This document shows positions 24,895 through 28,422 of a DNA stretch of 28,422 bases, one piece after another. Source of the DNA: an uncultured Conexibacteraceae bacterium. GTDB taxonomy: Bacteria; Actinomycetota; Thermoleophilia; Solirubrobacterales; 70-9. The position numbers and the translations under genes were made by a program. The notes below the pieces were generated by a model. That model had not been told where the DNA came from. It saw only the letters and a program-made list of their open reading frames with translations, and searched no databases. Numbering within the stretch: the first letter of the stretch is position 1; each line of letters opens with the position of its first letter. The stretch is from contig CAYZPZ010000002.1 in the NCBI GenBank assembly GCA_964480205.1, positions 1,658 to 30,079 of the forward strand. The letters are read 5' to 3'.

Positions 24895-26052
24895 ATGACG
24901 ATGGCTGCAAAGAAGGTGCTGATACTCGGGTCCACCGGATCGATCGGAACCCAGGCGCTCGAGGTGATCGCGCGCAGCGATGACCTGCGGCTCGTGGGGC
25001 TCTCGGCCGGGTCGAGCTGGGAGCCGCTGCTCGAGCAGGCCAAGCAGCACGGCGTTCCCACCGTCGCGCTCGCCGATGCCGCGGGCGCGGAGCGGGCCGG
25101 TCGGGAGTGGGGAGGACGCGTGCTCACCGGCCCCGAGGGCCTCCGGGAGCTCGTCGCCGGCGCCGACGCCGACCTGGTCCTGAACGCGATCGTCGGCGCC
25201 GCCGGGCTGGGGCCGACCATCGCCGCGCTCACCGAGGGAATCGACGTCGCGCTCGCCAACAAGGAGTCGCTGGTGATCGGCGGCGAGCTGGTCACCGCGC
25301 TGGCCGAGGCCACCGACGCCCAGCTGATCCCTGTGGACTCCGAGCACTCCGCGCTCTATCAGCTGATCCGCGCCGAGACCCCGGGGAATGTCACCCGGCT
25401 TGTGCTGACCGCCTCGGGCGGGCCCTTCCGCGGGCAGACCGACCTCTCAGGCGTAACCCCCGAGGACGCGCTCGCGCACCCCACCTGGGATATGGGCGGC
25501 CGGATCACGATCGACTCGGCCACCCTGATCAACAAGGGCTTCGAGATGATCGAGGCGCATCATCTCTTCGGGGTCCCCTACGAGCGGATCGACGTCGTAG
25601 TGCACCCGCAGTCGATCGTGCACTCGCTGGTGCACCTCAACGACGGGGCCTCGCTGGCGCACCTGGGCTACCCGGACATGCGGGTGCCGATCTCCTACGC
25701 CCTTCATCACCCCGAGCGCGCGGATGTCGACCTGCGCACGCTCGACCTGGCCGAGGTCGGCGAGCTGACCTTCGAGCGGCCCGATGCCGAGGCCTTCCCC
25801 TGTCTGCGGCTCGCCCGCGAGGCCGGGGAAGCGGGAGGGACCGCCCCCTGCGTGCTGAACGCCGCCGACGAGGTCGCGGTCGGGGCCTTCCTCGATGGGC
25901 GCATCCCCTTCACCGGCATCGCCGAGGTGATCGAGCGCTGCCTGGAGGAGATCCCGACGGACCCGGCCAGCCACTTCGAGCAGCTCTTCCTGGTCGATTC
26001 GCAGGCCCGCGAGCACGCCAGAGCCTTGGTCGAGGGCCTGGCAGTCGCGTGA
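24895..26052 (+). CDS. dxr: 1-deoxy-D-xylulose-5-phosphate reductoisomerase
   Basis: LGSTGSIG, LANKESL, PVDSEH, TASGGPF, HPTWDMG, DSATLINKG, NAADE. Confidence 0.97.
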   Translation: MTMAAKKVLILGSTGSIGTQALEVIARSDDLRLVGLSAGSSWEPLLEQAKQHGVPTVALADAAGAERAGREWGGRVLTGPEGLRELVAGADADLVLNAIVGAAGLGPTIAALTEGIDVALANKESLVIGGELVTALAEATDAQLIPVDSEHSALYQLIRAETPGNVTRLVLTASGGPFRGQTDLSGVTPEDALAHPTWDMGGRITIDSATLINKGFEMIEAHHLFGVPYERIDVVVHPQSIVHSLVHLNDGASLAHLGYPDMRVPISYALHHPERADVDLRTLDLAEVGELTFERPDAEAFPCLRLAREAGEAGGTAPCVLNAADEVAVGAFLDGRIPFTGIAEVIERCLEEIPTDPASHFEQLFLVDSQAREHARALVEGLAVA

Positions 26053-26062
26053 GGGCCGCGGC

Positions 26063-27283
26063 GTGAGCTGGTTCCTGGCCTTCGCCGGGTTCGCGGCGCT
26101 GATCATCCTGCACGAGTTCGGACACTTCCTGGTGGCCAAGCGGACCGGGATGCGCGTGGAGAGATTCTTCCTCTTCTTCCCGCCACGGCTGTGGAGCTTC
26201 AAGCGGGGCGAGACCGAATACGGGGTCGGCGCCATCCCCCTCGGGGGCTTCGTGAAGATCACCGGGATGAATCCCGACGACCTCGAGCCCAAGCCGCCCG
26301 AGGAGGGGGAGGAGGGGACGCCCAACGATCTGCTCAACCGGATCGAGGGCGCGGGCCAAGCCGAGCAGCGCGACCGGCTGCCCGACGGCCGCCTCAAGCC
26401 GGAGATCGCCGCCCGCGCCTACTACAGCCAGCCCGTCTGGAAGCGGATCGCGGTGATCGCCGCCGGGCCGGTGATGAACGTGCTGATCGCCTTCCTGCTC
26501 TTCTTCTTCCTCGCCTTCGGGGTCCAGGAGGCGGTGGGGCCGCGGCTGGAGGTGGCGGAGGTGCTCGAGGGCAAGCCCGCCGAGGGGCAGCTGCGGGAGG
26601 ACGACCGGATCGTCTCGGTCGACGGCATCGCCGCGCGGAACCTCGACGCCTCCGATCGGGCGGAGCGCTTCCGCGATCAAACCGGCTCGCACACCTGCGC
26701 CGGGGAGCCCGCCCAGGGCTGCCCGGCGACCACGCCCGTGCGCATCGTGGTCGAGCGCGACGGCGCCCGGGTGCCGCTCGCCGTCACGCCCGAATACGAC
26801 GAGCAGGCCGGGCAGACCCTGCTCGGCGTCCGCTTTCAGCCGGCCGACATCGCCGACGTCAACCCCTCGCCGATCGAGGCCGCGGACCTGGCCGCCGATC
26901 AGATGTGGTTCATCACCTCGCGCACCGCCGAGGTCTTCGCGCGGATCCTCGACCCCGAGCAGCGCGAGCAGATCAGCGGCATCGTCGGCGGCTACGAGAC
27001 GACGCGCCAGGCGATCGAGTTCGACACGCGCATGGCGCTGACCGTCCTCGCCGTGATCAGCCTCTCCCTGGCGATCATCAACCTGTTCCCGTTCCTGCCA
27101 CTCGACGGCGGCCACATCTTCTGGAGCGCGGTGGAGAAGGTGCGCGGCCGCCGGGTCGCCTTCAGCACGATGGAGAAGTCGGGCGCGATCGGGTTCATGC
27201 TGATCCTCTTCCTCTTCTTCATCGGCCTGAGCAACGACATCGACCGCCTCACCGGCGAGGGGTTCGACATCAGGGACCGCTAG
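26063..27283 (+). CDS. rseP: RseP-like M50 intramembrane zinc metalloprotease with PDZ domain
   Basis: HEFGH, IPLGGFVKI, AGPVMN, NLFPFLPLDGGH. Confidence 0.93.
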   Translation: MSWFLAFAGFAALIILHEFGHFLVAKRTGMRVERFFLFFPPRLWSFKRGETEYGVGAIPLGGFVKITGMNPDDLEPKPPEEGEEGTPNDLLNRIEGAGQAEQRDRLPDGRLKPEIAARAYYSQPVWKRIAVIAAGPVMNVLIAFLLFFFLAFGVQEAVGPRLEVAEVLEGKPAEGQLREDDRIVSVDGIAARNLDASDRAERFRDQTGSHTCAGEPAQGCPATTPVRIVVERDGARVPLAVTPEYDEQAGQTLLGVRFQPADIADVNPSPIEAADLAADQMWFITSRTAEVFARILDPEQREQISGIVGGYETTRQAIEFDTRMALTVLAVISLSLAIINLFPFLPLDGGHIFWSAVEKVRGRRVAFSTMEKSGAIGFMLILFLFFIGLSNDIDRLTGEGFDIRDR

Positions 27284-27900
27284 GCGCGGCCGGGGGCAGC
27301 TCCGGCCACGCCCTGCAGCCAGTCCCCGACCGCCTCGCCAACTGCGTCCAGGTCCCCTTTGAGGCCGTGGTTGCCGGGGACGGTGACGATGGTGCGGCGG
27401 GCGCCCTCGGGCGGCATTCCGAAGGGATCACGGTCGCCCTGGACGGCGAGGGTGGGCACCTTGACCGCGTCGAGCTCCGACAGGCGCGACTTCTCCGGCT
27501 TGCCGGGTGGGTGCAGCGGGAAGGCGAGGCAAAGCACGGCGACCGCGCCGACCTCAGCGGCCGTGCGACAGGCGACCCGCGCGCTGGCCGAGCGGCCGCC
27601 GGCGATCAGCGGCAGGCCCTTGAACTCGCCGTTCCTGAGCGCCGAGGCGACCGCGATCCACGCCTCATCCAGCTTCGACGCCGCCGGCTGCGAGCGCTTG
27701 CCGGCGACGCGGTAGGGCTGCTCGACCAGGCCGACGCTCACCCCAGCAGCAACCCCGGCCTTGGTCGCGGCCAGGAGGTCGGGGGCGTCGACGCCGCCGC
27801 CCGCCCCATGGCCGAGCAGCAGCGCCCGGCTCGCCCCCTCCGCAGGGCGCAGATGGACAGCGGCCGGGCCGTGCGGGGTCTCGATCTCTATGGGCGTCAC
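27280..27900 (-). CDS. Small alpha/beta-fold hydrolase (KANL3/Tex30-like)
   Basis: GHGAGG, EQPYR, GGRSASAR, LAFPLHPPGKP, QGDRDPFG, GNH; GTG at 27900 overlaps the osmC stop. Confidence 0.85.
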   Translation of the reverse strand: MTPIEIETPHGPAAVHLRPAEGASRALLLGHGAGGGVDAPDLLAATKAGVAAGVSVGLVEQPYRVAGKRSQPAASKLDEAWIAVASALRNGEFKGLPLIAGGRSASARVACRTAAEVGAVAVLCLAFPLHPPGKPEKSRLSELDAVKVPTLAVQGDRDPFGMPPEGARRTIVTVPGNHGLKGDLDAVGEAVGDWLQGVAGAAPGRA

Positions 27901-28322
27901 CCGCTCAGTTTCGCCTCGAGCGTGATCTCGACGCCGCCGAGCGCGCGCGAGACCGGGCAGGTCCGCTTCGCCTCCTCGGCTTGGCGCTCGAACTCCTCGT
28001 CGTCGATACCCGGCACCTTGGCCTCGGCACTGAGCTCGCTCCGCGTGATCGTGAAGCCCTCGCCGTCCTTCTCGACCGTGACCCGAGCCGTGGTCTTCAC
28101 CGCCTCCGGCTCGTGCCCGGCCTTGCCGAGCACCCCCGAGAGCTGCATCGAGAAGCATCCCGCGTGCGCGGCCGCGATCAGCTCCTCGGGGTTGGTCCCC
28201 TCGCCCTCCTCGAAGCGTGAGGTGAATGAGTACTGCCCCTCGAAGCCGCCACCGAAGGCCATACGCCCGCCGCCTTCGGCCAGGCTCCCGTCCCACTGAG
28301 CCTCTGCTGTCCTGACTGGCAT
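27897..28322 (-). CDS. osmC: OsmC family peroxiredoxin
   Basis: YSFTSRFE, TNPEELIAAAHAGCFSM, CPVSRAL; ATG at 28322 with AGGAG SD. Confidence 0.93.
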   Translation of the reverse strand: MPVRTAEAQWDGSLAEGGGRMAFGGGFEGQYSFTSRFEEGEGTNPEELIAAAHAGCFSMQLSGVLGKAGHEPEAVKTTARVTVEKDGEGFTITRSELSAEAKVPGIDDEEFERQAEEAKRTCPVSRALGGVEITLEAKLSG

Positions 28323-28422
28323 TCCTGCTCCTTTCCGGTGATCTGCGCTTCTCCGGTAGCTTTCCACGCAGGTTCCGAGGAGAGGAGAGGCCGGTGGAAG
28401 TCACGACTGCTGAGCGCTATGC

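Overview
High-GC bacterial chromosomal window (roughly 70% GC by eye). It is probably Actinomycetota and likely Thermoleophilia/Solirubrobacterales-like; this is an inference from the short HisG+HisZ, short EF-Ts, Gram-positive LexA box, many leaderless starts and frequent TAG stops. Most of it is core genome. In order: an SOS-box-controlled imuB / small ORF / dnaE2 mutagenesis cassette with no imuA, running off the left edge; an isocitrate-dehydrogenase-family gene; a short accessory patch; two hydrolases; murA (Asp117 type); hisZ-G-D-B-H-A-(DoxX)-F; a PQQ-repeat beta-propeller; a tRNA nucleotidyltransferase; pgeF-yggS-sepF-proC-yggT-lspA-rluD-like (no ftsZ, no divIVA); rpsB-tsf-pyrH-frr-uppS-cdsA-dxr-rseP; and a convergent osmC/hydrolase pair. 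The accessory patch (3304-4012) holds a tandem Zn-finger-like protein, an unannotated 52-aa membrane peptide and a candidate stand-alone small RNA. No transposase, integrase, CRISPR array, tRNA or rRNA was seen. The best novelty candidates are (1) the ~85-nt RNA at ~3927-4012, with a near-consensus promoter, three GNRA-capped hairpins and its own terminator; (2) the ImuA-less mutasome with an apparently split ImuB; and (3) palindromic elements inserted in-frame in rpsB and dnaE2 and sitting between genes. All assignments come from motif recognition by eye; no database search was run.
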